From Gammaproteobacteria bacterium (GTDB taxonomy: Bacteria; Pseudomonadota; Gammaproteobacteria; SZUA-229): a DNA stretch of 39,258 nt. The position numbers and the translations under genes are program-made. The stretch lies in assembly GCA_029880105.1 (NCBI GenBank), contig JAOUPA010000003.1:1-39258 (forward strand), given 5' to 3'. Each line of letters starts with the position of its first letter. Within the stretch, counting starts at the first letter, position 1. Under the pieces are notes generated by a model. The model made no database searches and was not told where the DNA came from. It saw nothing but the letters and a program-made list of their open reading frames with translations. Positions 1 to 10,081 of the stretch are shown here, piece after piece.

Positions 1-126
1 GTGTCTGAATTGAAAATCGAGATGGTATGCGCCGACGAGCACATCAAAGCCGCGATTGCGGCATTAAAAAAGGCGCACCCTTATGAAGAGCCTGCCTATG
101 ATGTCTGGAAGTTGGAAGATATCTAG
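1..126 (+). CDS. 3' end of a short YqfO/NIF3-related (NGG1p-interacting factor-like) protein, truncated by the window edge
   Basis: Not in the ORF track. Frame 1 reads VSELKIEMVCADEHIKAAIAALKKAHPYEEPAYDVWKLEDI* (TAG 124-126). HPYEEPAYDV is the characteristic C-terminal motif of this family. Confidence 0.85.
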   Translation: MSELKIEMVCADEHIKAAIAALKKAHPYEEPAYDVWKLEDI

Positions 127-151
127 GCTAGAGAGATTTTACTCTGACCCC
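126..151. repeat. Degenerate GGGGTCAGAG-type palindrome, left flank of the lipoprotein gene
   Basis: TTTTACTCTGACCCC at 137-151 (reverse complement GGGGTCAGAGTAAAA). A decayed partner arm GGCTAGAG at 126-133 matches GGTCAGAG at 6 of 8 positions. Confidence 0.55.
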
Positions 152-239
152 AAATACTTGAGCGAGAACAAAATATTAGCAATGATCTATATTAGAAACA
201 ATTGCTATCTGACACAGTTGCTCTGCATGCGTGCGATTA

Positions 240-317
240 TGCTATGTTAATTGTATCTACTGCACTAGACTAAAACACAAACAAACTTAGAAAGCCGCCA
301 TTTAACCTTAACAGGAG
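240..317 (+). promoter_or_regulatory. Putative extended -10 promoter and RBS of the lipoprotein gene
   Basis: TG-c-TATGTT at 240-248. AGGAG at 313-317 lies 6 nt before ATG 324. The RBS is clear; the promoter is tentative. Confidence 0.35.
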
Positions 318-323
318 AAAAAA

Positions 324-1346
324 ATGAGAATTAGCATTATTACCATAATAAGTCTTATTTTATTAGCTCTACAGGGTTGTGCTAGCCCTATTTATCAACC
401 ACTTGTTATTGCACCTGATATTTCTAAAATAAAATCTTCAAATACAACTAAAAAAGAAAATATTGCTGTTAAGTATTCTGGAATCTCCCCAATCTATAAC
501 ACATTCCCGTTAGGCTTTGACAACATCGTCCATTCCAAAGGAGAAAAAGAACTCTATGAAGGAACCGTGGGCATGACCTCATCAAACATGCCCATTAGTT
601 CAACTTATGCATTATTAATTAGTCTTGATAAATTTTTCAATAAAGTCATTTGGATAGAACCTGAAGAACCTAAAAAATATAAAAACATTTACGTCTTAAA
701 TTATGAAATTAACGAAGTAGATTTTACCGTTAATTTACATAAAAAGGATTCATACTTAACATTTCCTGCACAAACAGACGCAGACACAATAGTTTCTATT
801 AAATATAATTTAATTTATAACAATAACTTAGTCAGCCAAGGAAATATCACGGGAAATGCAAATAGCAAAAACTCAGAAAAAGAGCATAATATGTTATTTA
901 AAAAAACTATAACTGAGGCAGCAACCACAATATCAGCCTTGGCCAGTATTTATAGCCAAAATGGGGCCTCATACGCTGACCTTAACAACATTGATGACGA
1001 TTATGAAAAACGAGATTTAAAACGAAGATTGGATCAACGACAAGAAACTCTCGCAATGATCCAAAATCAAATTTCAGAAAGCATATCAGATGTAAACAAA
1101 CCAAGTAAAAATATTAATCTAAACGACAAGCAAGACTACAACAAGGTAATCATCGCACTTGGTGGCTCCTTAAAATATCCACCTGATGGATTAGATGACT
1201 ATGCCATTGGAGAATTTTGGCTAGGTCCTAAAAACCACGCCATGAAACGATCTTTAATGAAAGCAACAGAGATAGCTTTAGAAAAACTAATTATAGAAAT
1301 AATCAAAGAAATTAGCTCACATAAAAGAATCGCACACGAAACATAG
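324..1346 (+). CDS. Orphan putative lipoprotein (340 aa), AT-rich, probably horizontally acquired
   Basis: Signal peptide MRISIITIISLILLA followed by lipobox LQG-C19. Strong RBS. Hand-counted 60-nt lines were 20-43% GC, against 50% for a sampled line of lpxA. No family recognised. Confidence 0.75.
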   Translation: MRISIITIISLILLALQGCASPIYQPLVIAPDISKIKSSNTTKKENIAVKYSGISPIYNTFPLGFDNIVHSKGEKELYEGTVGMTSSNMPISSTYALLISLDKFFNKVIWIEPEEPKKYKNIYVLNYEINEVDFTVNLHKKDSYLTFPAQTDADTIVSIKYNLIYNNNLVSQGNITGNANSKNSEKEHNMLFKKTITEAATTISALASIYSQNGASYADLNNIDDDYEKRDLKRRLDQRQETLAMIQNQISESISDVNKPSKNINLNDKQDYNKVIIALGGSLKYPPDGLDDYAIGEFWLGPKNHAMKRSLMKATEIALEKLIIEIIKEISSHKRIAHET

Positions 1347-1397
1347 GATCAGGTCTTGTCTTTTGTGAAAAAAAACCGGGTCAGAGAACAATTATTT
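1346..1397. repeat. Two GG(G/A)TCAG-type half-sites, right flank of the lipoprotein gene
   Basis: GGATCAGGTCTTGTCTTTTG at 1346-1365 overlaps the TAG stop. GGGTCAGAGAACAATTATTT at 1378-1397 is inverted relative to 138-150 and shares the exact 9-mer GGGTCAGAG. Confidence 0.55.
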
Positions 1398-1559
1398 CTA
1401 ATATACTAAAGCACATAAAACGCCGACTCAGGCCTTTTCATCGCGCATAATGCTGCAAGAACTGTTTAGATTGGTATCTTACATCCCGTAATTTTTCAGA
1501 TGAATCCATAACGCACTCTCCCCAATAACCCTGTGCTTTTCAAGATTGTTAGCTAATTA

Positions 1560-2330
1560 TTAACGTACCCAGCCACGCTCACTGGCCGCCAGAAAATCCA
1601 TCACCTGCTTAACTTCTGCATGATCTTTGGCCAGCTCACTCGCCTTTGCTATGGCTTCTTTATGTGAGCACTTCGACTTCACCAGGATCTTGAAGGTCTC
1701 CTGCAAGGCACGAATGGCCTCTGCAGTAAAACCACGGCGCTTTAACCCTTCCTTGTTGATGCCGAAGGCACGGGCACGATTACCGGCGATGGTGAAATAT
1801 GGCAATACATCTCGATCAATCGCCGTTGCAAAACCAGAGAAGCTATGCGCCCCAATACGGGTAAACTGGTGTACAGTCGAGTACCCGCCAAGAATAGCAT
1901 GGTCATCAATGTGCACATGCCCTGCCAGAGCAACGGCATTAGCCAGGATAATGTTATTACCCAGGCGACAGTCGTGAGCGACATGCGCCGACACCATCAA
2001 CAGGTTATCGTTGCCGATTGAAGTAATGCCTTCATCATCAACCGTGCCACGATTCAGGTTGGCGTATTCACGAATCGTGTTTCGATCACCTATTTCGAGG
2101 CGAGTAGGTTCACCCCTGTATTTCAGATCCTGTGGCTGTTCACCGATCGAGGCAAATTGAAATATGTGGTTATCTTTGCCGATTTTGGTTGGTCCCTTGA
2201 TCACCACGTGAGATTCAATCACTGTGCCGGAGTCAATTTGAACATCCGGACCAATAATACTGAATGGCCCAATACTAACGTTATCGGCAATCTCTGCAGA
2301 AGGGTCAACAATGGCATGCGAGTGGATCAA
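1560..2330 (-). CDS. lpxA: Acyl-ACP--UDP-N-acetylglucosamine O-acyltransferase
   Basis: Hexapeptide repeats, PQDLKY and HVAHDC motifs; follows fabZ; TTG start. Confidence 0.98.
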   Translation of the reverse strand: MIHSHAIVDPSAEIADNVSIGPFSIIGPDVQIDSGTVIESHVVIKGPTKIGKDNHIFQFASIGEQPQDLKYRGEPTRLEIGDRNTIREYANLNRGTVDDEGITSIGNDNLLMVSAHVAHDCRLGNNIILANAVALAGHVHIDDHAILGGYSTVHQFTRIGAHSFSGFATAIDRDVLPYFTIAGNRARAFGINKEGLKRRGFTAEAIRALQETFKILVKSKCSHKEAIAKASELAKDHAEVKQVMDFLAASERGWVR

Positions 2331-2336
2331 AGGGGG

Positions 2337-2789
2337 TTATTCCTTTTCTTTGGCCGCACACAACAGGTCAGCCGTGGTGACAATCTCGCCATCAACACTG
2401 GCTTCACAACTGAATTTCCAGATCACTTTTGAACGGCGTTCAACCTTGGCCTTCAACATCAGCTGATCGCCAGGTACAACCTGACGCTTAAATCTGACAT
2501 TATCAACACCAACAAGCATATAAAGCAGATCTTCACTAGGCTCTTCACTCATCGTCTTAAAGCCAAGCAGGCCAGTTGCCTGTGCCAGTGCTTCTATAAT
2601 CAGCACGCCCGGCATAATCGGGGTTGCAGGAAAATGTCCGTTAAAGAATGGCTCATTGACAGAGACATTTTTGATTGCAGTCAGTGTCTCGCCAGGTACA
2701 CATTCAAGCACGCGGTCTACCAGCAAAAATGGATAACGGTGCGGAAGGAAGCGCCGAATCTCCTCTACATACATTTCACTCACAATCAA
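2337..2789 (-). CDS. fabZ: 3-hydroxyacyl-ACP dehydratase
   Basis: [11 protein letters not shown] and [18 protein letters not shown] motifs. The true start may be GTG 2783, which has GGAG 7 nt upstream. Confidence 0.98.
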   Translation of the reverse strand: MIVSEMYVEEIRRFLPHRYPFLLVDRVLECVPGETLTAIKNVSVNEPFFNGHFPATPIMPGVLIIEALAQATGLLGFKTMSEEPSEDLLYMLVGVDNVRFKRQVVPGDQLMLKAKVERRSKVIWKFSCEASVDGEIVTTADLLCAAKEKE

Positions 2790-2822
2790 TCTCCAGGGTA
2801 ATTATTTATTATTCAGCGATTA

Positions 2823-3842
2823 TCAATCAGCTGACTTGTTAGTTTTTTCCAGTTTGGTCACACGTTTAGCCAACTCATCAAGGCGGCGGAAACGGGCACT
2901 GTTTTTTCGCCAGTTAGCAGTAGTATCCATCGGCGTACTAGATGAATAAGAGCCAGGCTCGGTAATCGAATGCGTCACCATAGTACGCCCGGTGATCATG
3001 ACATTATCGGTGATTTCGAGATGCTCAACAATACCGACAAGCCCGCCAATTAAGCAGCCGCGACCTATATGTGTACTACCAGCTATCGCACAGGCAGCAG
3101 AGATAACAGTATTATCACCAATAGTGACGCCGTGGGCGATCTGGATCTGGTTATCCAGTTTGACGCCATGACCGATCACGGTATTTTCCAGGGCGCCACG
3201 ATCAATGGTCGTGTTTGCACCAATCTCTACATCGTTACCAATGTGTACATTGCCAATCTGGGGAATTTTCAGGTAACTATCTCCTTCCTTTACAAAACCA
3301 AAACCATCGGCGCCGAGGACAACACCAGAATGAATGATACAACCATCACCTATCCTGCTACCGTAGCCAACGGTTACGTTTGGACTGATTCGTGTATTTT
3401 CACCAATGATCACATCTTCTTCGATAACGCAATTAGCACCAATTTGCGCATTAGAACCTATGACAACGTTATCATAGATAACAACACCCGCAGCAACTGA
3501 GGAACTATTACCTACTTTTGCCGTTGCTGAAATAATCGCATTCGAACTGATACCCGATTCACGTTTTCTGGCTGGATATAAAAGATTGGCAACCTTTGCA
3601 TAGGCCAGGCGCGGATTAGCCGTAATCAGCGCAGGTACAGGACAGTCATCCAGAAACTCCGGCTTGATAATCAAGGCCGAAGCACTGGTACCGGCTAAAT
3701 GCTCCAGGTATTTTGGATTTGAAATAAATGCGATATCACCAGATTGAGCCGCACTAATTTCAGCGATACCCTCTATCAGGCAATCATCGCCCTCAAGCCT
3801 TGCACCTGTCTGTCTTGCCAGTTCGGATAAATACAGTCCCAT
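2823..3842 (-). CDS. lpxD: UDP-3-O-(3-hydroxyacyl)glucosamine N-acyltransferase
   Basis: GADGFGF, IPQIG, TTIDRGA and KLDNQIQIAH motifs; TAATG overlap with skp. Confidence 0.98.
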   Translation of the reverse strand: MGLYLSELARQTGARLEGDDCLIEGIAEISAAQSGDIAFISNPKYLEHLAGTSASALIIKPEFLDDCPVPALITANPRLAYAKVANLLYPARKRESGISSNAIISATAKVGNSSSVAAGVVIYDNVVIGSNAQIGANCVIEEDVIIGENTRISPNVTVGYGSRIGDGCIIHSGVVLGADGFGFVKEGDSYLKIPQIGNVHIGNDVEIGANTTIDRGALENTVIGHGVKLDNQIQIAHGVTIGDNTVISAACAIAGSTHIGRGCLIGGLVGIVEHLEITDNVMITGRTMVTHSITEPGSYSSSTPMDTTANWRKNSARFRRLDELAKRVTKLEKTNKSAD

Positions 3843-4357
3843 TACTTCTTCTTATTAAAATCCTTTTTCATCTGATCAAGAACTGTACTGGTAATATCCA
3901 GTGACTCTGAAGCAAAAACAACACCTTCACTTAGAACTAAATCATAGTGTTCACGTTTTGCAATGTCATTGATAATATCGCGAACAGATTTTTGTAGCAC
4001 AGCCAGCTCCTGTGAGCGCATGGTATTAACCTCCTGCGCCAGGGTGGCTTCTTTCTGTTTGAATAACTGCATTTTACCAATCAACTGGCCCTGCAGTTCC
4101 TTGAGTTTATCTTCAGTCATCACCAGTTCATTACGCTTGTAATCCTCCTGCATGGCCTGAAGTTCCTTCTGCATATCTTCCAGCTCCTTTTTCTTACCGC
4201 CAAATCGATCAAGCATAGCAGTATTTACAGCCTCGACCTGTGGTGCCTCAGTGAGTAATTTTTCAACACTCACGAAACCAATTTTTAGATCTGCAGCTAT
4301 CGCGTTTGCCGCAGTCAGTGTTAATAAAGTCGCAATTATAATTTTTTTCATTACCAT
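3842..4357 (-). CDS. skp: Periplasmic chaperone Skp/OmpH
   Basis: Signal peptide, KIGFVSVEKLL, long coiled coil and YDLVL..DIT; lies between bamA and lpxD. Likely start is ATG 4351 (AAGGAG 6 nt upstream). Confidence 0.95.
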   Translation of the reverse strand: MVMKKIIIATLLTLTAANAIAADLKIGFVSVEKLLTEAPQVEAVNTAMLDRFGGKKKELEDMQKELQAMQEDYKRNELVMTEDKLKELQGQLIGKMQLFKQKEATLAQEVNTMRSQELAVLQKSVRDIINDIAKREHYDLVLSEGVVFASESLDITSTVLDQMKKDFNKKK

Positions 4358-4361
4358 CTCC

Positions 4362-6695
4362 TTAAAAGAAAGAACCTATACTAAATTGAAATACTCTGGT
4401 GTTATCACCCTCAACAGGGTTCAACGCATGCGCCCAGCTAAATCGCAAAGGCCCAATGGGTGCCAGCCAGACAAAAGATAGCCCTGCTGAAGCACGCAAC
4501 TCTTCAAACTGGAAGCCATCCTCAGATGCATTATATGTTGGTGCACTATTGAGGAAGACATTACCAAGATCATAGAAGGCCGTAAACCTTACCGATGAAG
4601 GTGGTTTATCTACAAAGGGTATCGGAAAAATCAGATCCGCGCCAGCCGTTACACGCATATTTCCACCCATTGGCGAGCCATAGTCGTCACGTGGACCAAG
4701 CGAATTTGAGTCATAACCCCTGACCGTACGCAGACCACCAGCGTAATAACGCTCATAGAACGGCAGCTCATCGAGATCACTATAGCCACCACCATAGGCC
4801 AGGTCAGATCGCAGCAGCAGTGTCAGATTGTCCGTCAGGCCAAAATAGAATTTAGTCAGGTAAGCCAGCTTATAGAACTCCAGGTCACTACCCGGTGCAG
4901 ACAGGTTCAGTGCAATTGTCTGTGAGTTGCCCCTGGTGGCAAAGACAGTCCGGTTACGAGTGTCATAGGTATAACTGGCATTGAGTAAAAAGTTATCATA
5001 TGTATCGCCGTGGTCGTTAACAAACGCCGTTGCTTCCAGTGATGGATTAACAGACGATAACAGCAGGTCGACGTGGTTGAAACCGTAACCAAGGCGCAGT
5101 GTTGTGAATTCAGACAAAGGAATACCATAATTAATACTGGCACTATATGAATCTGTCTGGAAGTCATTAATATCTTCTTCTGCCGCATCTCGCTTTGCAT
5201 ATGACAGGCTAATCGTACGGCTGATGCCGTCGATCGTGTAATATGGATCGGTAAATGAGATGTTGTATACGGTATTTGCTGAGTCGGTATTAATATTCAC
5301 ATCAAGGCGCTGGCCAGTACCCAGTAGGTTTTCCTGGGTCAAGCCAACATTAAACAGGAAGCCCTGGGTCTGTGAGAATCCTGCTCCAATGTTAAAGCTA
5401 CCTGAGAGACGCTCTTCAACATTCACCTCTAGATCGACCATGTCATCGGTTCCTGGTACCTGCCTGGTCTCAATTTCAATATTTTCTAGATAGCTGAGTC
5501 GCTGTAAACGAATCTTTGATCGCTCCAGTTTATCACTGGCAAGAATCGAACCCTCCATCAGGCGCATTTCACGACGCAGCACCTCTTCATGCGTCCTGAT
5601 ATTACCGTGGAAATTAATATTCCTGACGTGTGTTTTATTGCCTGGCACCAGTTGATAGGTTAGATCAATCGTCTTCTTCTGTTCGTCAAGTTCAGGAATA
5701 ATAGTCACCTTGGCAAATGCATAACCATCTTTGCCAAGTCGATCCTCAAGGCTTTTCTGCGATGTGGTCATATTTTTTCTGGAAAACACATCACCCGTTT
5801 TGGTCAGGATCAGGCTCTTAAGAATTTGCTCATCGACAACCATATCACCGACCAACCTGACATCATCAATAGAATACTGGTCACCCTCTTCTACATTAAT
5901 CGTGATATAGATATCTTTTTTATCTGGTGTAATTGATACCTGTGTCGAATCCGCAGAAAACTTGATGTAGCCACGATCGAGATAATATGAACGCAATGTT
6001 TCCAGGTCGGCATTTAATTTAGGTTTTGAATATTCATCAGCATCGGACAGTGAAAAAGCACCCGGCACACCGAGCTCAATTTCGTCAAGCAGTGTTTCGT
6101 CATCAAAAACTTTATTACCGATGATATTGATCTGTCGGATCAGCGCAACCTGGCCTTCTGAAATCTTGATATCAATATTGACGCGATTCTGATCGAGCTC
6201 TTCAATTTTGGTTTCAATACGAATACCGTATTTACCCTGGCTAAAATATACTCGCTCCAGTTCCTGGGTAAGTTTTTCAAGCAGTGAGCGGTTATAGATC
6301 CGACCCTGAACAATACCGATATCTTCCAGCGCCTGTTCAAGCGTTTTGCTATCGATATCATTATTGCCTGAGAATTTAACCTCTGAGATTGATGGTCGCT
6401 CCTTAACCTGCACGATCAGTGCATCACCATCCCTAAACAACTGCACATCGGCAAAAAATCCCGTTTTATACAACTCCTTAATAGAATATACAATTTGCTT
6501 ACTATCGAGTGGATCGCCAACCTGAACCGGCAGGTAATTTAACAAGGTGCCATCGGCAAGGCGCTCAAGCCCCTCAATTCGAATCTCACTGACAATAAAA
6601 CTGTCTTCTGCCCATGCCAGGCCAGCAAGCAACAGCACATATATAAGCAGCAATAATCTTGGCAACCTGGAATACCCCTTTAGCATACGCGACAT
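4362..6695 (-). CDS. bamA: Outer membrane protein assembly factor BamA
   Basis: POTRA repeats, VRGY loop-6 motif and C-terminal FQFSIGSFF. Confidence 0.98.
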   Translation of the reverse strand: MSRMLKGYSRLPRLLLLIYVLLLAGLAWAEDSFIVSEIRIEGLERLADGTLLNYLPVQVGDPLDSKQIVYSIKELYKTGFFADVQLFRDGDALIVQVKERPSISEVKFSGNNDIDSKTLEQALEDIGIVQGRIYNRSLLEKLTQELERVYFSQGKYGIRIETKIEELDQNRVNIDIKISEGQVALIRQINIIGNKVFDDETLLDEIELGVPGAFSLSDADEYSKPKLNADLETLRSYYLDRGYIKFSADSTQVSITPDKKDIYITINVEEGDQYSIDDVRLVGDMVVDEQILKSLILTKTGDVFSRKNMTTSQKSLEDRLGKDGYAFAKVTIIPELDEQKKTIDLTYQLVPGNKTHVRNINFHGNIRTHEEVLRREMRLMEGSILASDKLERSKIRLQRLSYLENIEIETRQVPGTDDMVDLEVNVEERLSGSFNIGAGFSQTQGFLFNVGLTQENLLGTGQRLDVNINTDSANTVYNISFTDPYYTIDGISRTISLSYAKRDAAEEDINDFQTDSYSASINYGIPLSEFTTLRLGYGFNHVDLLLSSVNPSLEATAFVNDHGDTYDNFLLNASYTYDTRNRTVFATRGNSQTIALNLSAPGSDLEFYKLAYLTKFYFGLTDNLTLLLRSDLAYGGGYSDLDELPFYERYYAGGLRTVRGYDSNSLGPRDDYGSPMGGNMRVTAGADLIFPIPFVDKPPSSVRFTAFYDLGNVFLNSAPTYNASEDGFQFEELRASAGLSFVWLAPIGPLRFSWAHALNPVEGDNTRVFQFSIGSFF

Positions 6696-6697
6696 CC

Positions 6698-8061
6698 CTA
6701 CATAAACCGCTGATAGTCGTTGTAAAAAGCAATCAGCATCAAGCTGGCCAAGATCACCATACCGACCTGTTGCGCGCGCATTTCAAAGGCCTCCGATACA
6801 GGCGAGCCCTTTACCACCTCAATCAGGTAATAAAATAAATGGCCACCATCTAACAGGGGTATCGGCAACAAATTCAGCACGCCCAGGCTAACCGAGATAA
6901 TTGCGAGAAATCCGACAAAGGTAACCAGGCCAATGCCTGCAGTAACACCTGCATATTTGGCGATCGTAACCGGTCCGGAGATATTGCTCAGCGATGCCTC
7001 GCCAATCACCATCTTCCATAACACACGCAAAGTGAGTACTGACATATCCCAGGTTTTCATAATAGCTACCGGGATTGCCTCGAACACGCCATACTCAACC
7101 TTCACCAGTAACTTATCCTTCAACGCCTGCGGCACTTCCTGGTAGGCGCCGATATGGCCTTTACTAACTCCTTGCTTTTCTCTTGTGCCTGGAATCACCG
7201 CAATGGGTATTTCTTTTTGATCACGGAAAATTAAAAAATTGAGAACCTTACCAGGGCTATTGGCAACTTTTTCAACCAGCTCACTCCAGTACTGAATAGT
7301 CTCGCCATTAATACTCAGGACCTGGTCACCTTGCTTTAGCCCTGCCTGTGCAGCCGGTTCATCTTCGATAACACCACCGATAGTCACTGGCAGTTCAGGC
7401 CACCATTGCCTGAATCCGAGCTGCGCTACCACATCCGATTCATCTACAAGTAGACGCGCCTCACCCAGTTCCAGCTCCCTGGTAACTATCATGTCATCAG
7501 CAGTTTTTACCTGGACACTTAGAACTCCGCCGTCTAAACCCTGGGCAAGAACCTGCAAATGGAAATCACTCCAGGACTGCGTATCATCATCACCCACTTT
7601 TAATATTTCATCTTGATCTTTAAATCCTGAGAGCGCAGCTATTGAAGCCTCATCAGGTTCACCAATCAGAGCACGCTCAACAGTAATGCCAGAAAGATAA
7701 ATTGCCCAGTAGAAAAATATGGCAAGAATAAAATTGAATAATGGGCCGGCCACAACCACTGCAGCACGTATTGCTACAGGCTGGGTATTGAACGCGTACA
7801 CCCGATCTTCTTCAGCGACTTTAACTTCGCGTTCATCCAGCATTTTTACATAACCACCAAGTGGGATGGCAGCAATTACATATTCGATATCATGACCATT
7901 TTCCGTACGCTTCCAGGTTAACAGCGGTTTACCAAAACCGATAGAAAAACGCAGCACACGAACACCGAGCTTGCGCGCAACCCAGTAGTGCCAAATTCAT
8001 GTATTGCCACCAGGATGCCAATGGCGATGATGAAAAATAAAAGATTATGTAAAACACTCAT
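6698..8061 (-). pseudogene. rseP: RIP metalloprotease RseP, frameshifted as given (1-bp deletion near 7990; may be a sequencing error)
   Basis: ATG 8061 gives MSVLHNLLFFIIAIGILVAIHEFG. The next frame continues YWVARKLGVRVLRFSIGFG...PLGGYVKM...LNLLPIPLLDGGH. Restoring one base gives a 454-aa protein with HEFGH. Confidence 0.9.
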
Positions 8062-8072
8062 ATTTATAATTA

Positions 8073-9257
8073 TTATTTTCTAGCAACATACTCATCGACA
8101 ATAGCCCTGGTAAGAGCATCAACTGAGAGTATCTCGTTAATAGTGGTCACATCTTCATCAACAGCAGGACTTGTAAGTGCCTGTTCAATCATTGATGCTA
8201 TATCTGTATATGCAATCCGCTTATCCAGAAAGGCCGCCACCGCAACTTCGTTGGCCGCATTCAACACGATACTTGCAGCACCTCCCATGCGAATGGCCTC
8301 ATAACATAGCCGTAAACAGGGAAAACGCTGGAAATCAGGCCTTTCAAACTCAAGCCTTGCGACCTCAAAAATATCCAGAGGTTCCACACCGGAGACAATA
8401 CGCTCTGGTAGCGCCAGGGCGTGGGCGATGGGCGTACGCATATCGGGATTACCTAACTGCGCCAGCACCGAGCCATCCATATAGGACACCATAGAGTGAA
8501 TCACACTCTGCGGGTGCACCACTACCTCAATATCATCGATATCGACACCAAACAGCCAATGCGCTTCAATGACTTCCAGGCCTTTATTCATCATAGTGGC
8601 CGAGTCCACTGATATCTTGGGACCCATTGACCAGTTAGGGTGAGCGATTGCCTGCTCCGGCGTCACCGAAACCAGCTGTTCCACGCTAAAGGTACGAAAC
8701 GGTCCGCCACTTGCCGTCAATAAAATTTTATTGACCCCTGCCGTACTCACGGTCGATGATTTTGCGACAGGCAGACACTGGAATATTGCATTATGCTCAC
8801 TATCTACCGGCAACAGCTCGGCACTATTTTTTTCCACTGCATCCATAAACAACTGGCCTGACATAACCAGTGCTTCCTTATTCGCTAACAGTATACGTTT
8901 ACCCGCCTCCGCGGCTGCCAGCGATGGCAATAAACCAGCTGCACCGACAATACCAGCAACCACTGTGTCAACTTCATCCAGACTGGCTACCTGGCACAGG
9001 CCCTGTACACCTGATAATACCTGTGTCTCGCAGCCATGCTTGCGCAGGTAATCATCAAGTTGTTGCGCTGCTGTCTCGTCACTCATTACCGCATAGTGCG
9101 GTCGCCACTGCAAACACTGATCGGCCAATGTTGCATAGTCCGTATTAGCGGTCAGTGCCATGATGTCGTAATGCTCGGTATGACGGCTAATAACATCCAG
9201 GGTATTTTTACCAATACTCCCAGTCGAACCAAGAATACTAACGACCCTGCTCACCAA
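8073..9257 (-). CDS. dxr: 1-deoxy-D-xylulose-5-phosphate reductoisomerase
   Basis: GSTGSIG, LANKE, PVDSEH and [21 protein letters not shown] motifs. Start may be GTG 9254, overlapping the cdsA stop. Confidence 0.98.
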   Translation of the reverse strand: MVSRVVSILGSTGSIGKNTLDVISRHTEHYDIMALTANTDYATLADQCLQWRPHYAVMSDETAAQQLDDYLRKHGCETQVLSGVQGLCQVASLDEVDTVVAGIVGAAGLLPSLAAAEAGKRILLANKEALVMSGQLFMDAVEKNSAELLPVDSEHNAIFQCLPVAKSSTVSTAGVNKILLTASGGPFRTFSVEQLVSVTPEQAIAHPNWSMGPKISVDSATMMNKGLEVIEAHWLFGVDIDDIEVVVHPQSVIHSMVSYMDGSVLAQLGNPDMRTPIAHALALPERIVSGVEPLDIFEVARLEFERPDFQRFPCLRLCYEAIRMGGAASIVLNAANEVAVAAFLDKRIAYTDIASMIEQALTSPAVDEDVTTINEILSVDALTRAIVDEYVARK

Positions 9258-10081
9258 TACAGTCCTTCAACAGGCATTATCAACCAGTCGTAAAAAACCA
9301 CGAATAACGGCATTACTGGTAGCACACCATCTATACGATCAAGAATACCGCCGTGACCGGGTAGAATTCGGCCGCTATCCTTAACACCAGCTTCACGCTT
9401 TAAAAAACTTTCGTATAGGTCACCAGCAACCGACATTATCGTCAACAGCAGGGACAGTCCAATTAAAAGCAGTGACTGCGAATGGGTAAGATTAAAATAG
9501 TACGACGCAATTACCGAATATATCGTACTGGCAATTAATGCGCCCCAAAGTCCTTCGAGTGTTTTGCCTGGGCTGACATTGGGCGCCAGTTTGTTTTTAC
9601 CGAATTTTTTACCTGCGAAATAGGCACCGCTATCCGCAATCCAGACCAGCACCATGCTATACAACAACCACTCTGCACCACGCTCAATACCATGAATAAT
9701 ATAGATAGATGACATCGCTGAGGGAACCACCATGAATGCTACTAGCAGTTTTGCTGGAGAAACAACTGATGACTTTAATTCTGGTCGCACTTTTTTCAGA
9801 AAAACAAGAACAGCAAACCACCATGCCGTGGCAAGTAACAACAACAGGTAACCATATTGCGAAAAATAGTTTATACAGAGCCAGGAAAAAGCACTGAGCA
9901 ATAAAGCAAATGCCAGTTGGGCAGCCGATGACTGCAAGCCACCAAGGCGCGCCCATTCATAACCACAGATAAAAGACACAGGTATCAATACAAACAGGAG
10001 ATTCTCAGTTGGCTGATAAAGGATCAACCAGATTACCGCCATGGCTAGTGGAACTGCTGTCAGAATACGGTGCAGTAACAT
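9251..10081 (-). CDS. cdsA: Phosphatidate cytidylyltransferase
   Basis: [16 protein letters not shown] and [30 protein letters not shown] motifs. Confidence 0.97.
   Translation of the reverse strand: MLLHRILTAVPLAMAVIWLILYQPTENLLFVLIPVSFICGYEWARLGGLQSSAAQLAFALLLSAFSWLCINYFSQYGYLLLLLATAWWFAVLVFLKKVRPELKSSVVSPAKLLVAFMVVPSAMSSIYIIHGIERGAEWLLYSMVLVWIADSGAYFAGKKFGKNKLAPNVSPGKTLEGLWGALIASTIYSVIASYYFNLTHSQSLLLIGLSLLLTIMSVAGDLYESFLKREAGVKDSGRILPGHGGILDRIDGVLPVMPLFVVFYDWLIMPVEGLYW

Noticed and set aside
127-1559. Integron attC cassette for the lipoprotein gene
   Set aside because: No RYYYAAC...GTTRRRY attC structure follows the gene and no intI is present; the flanking repeats are of a different type.
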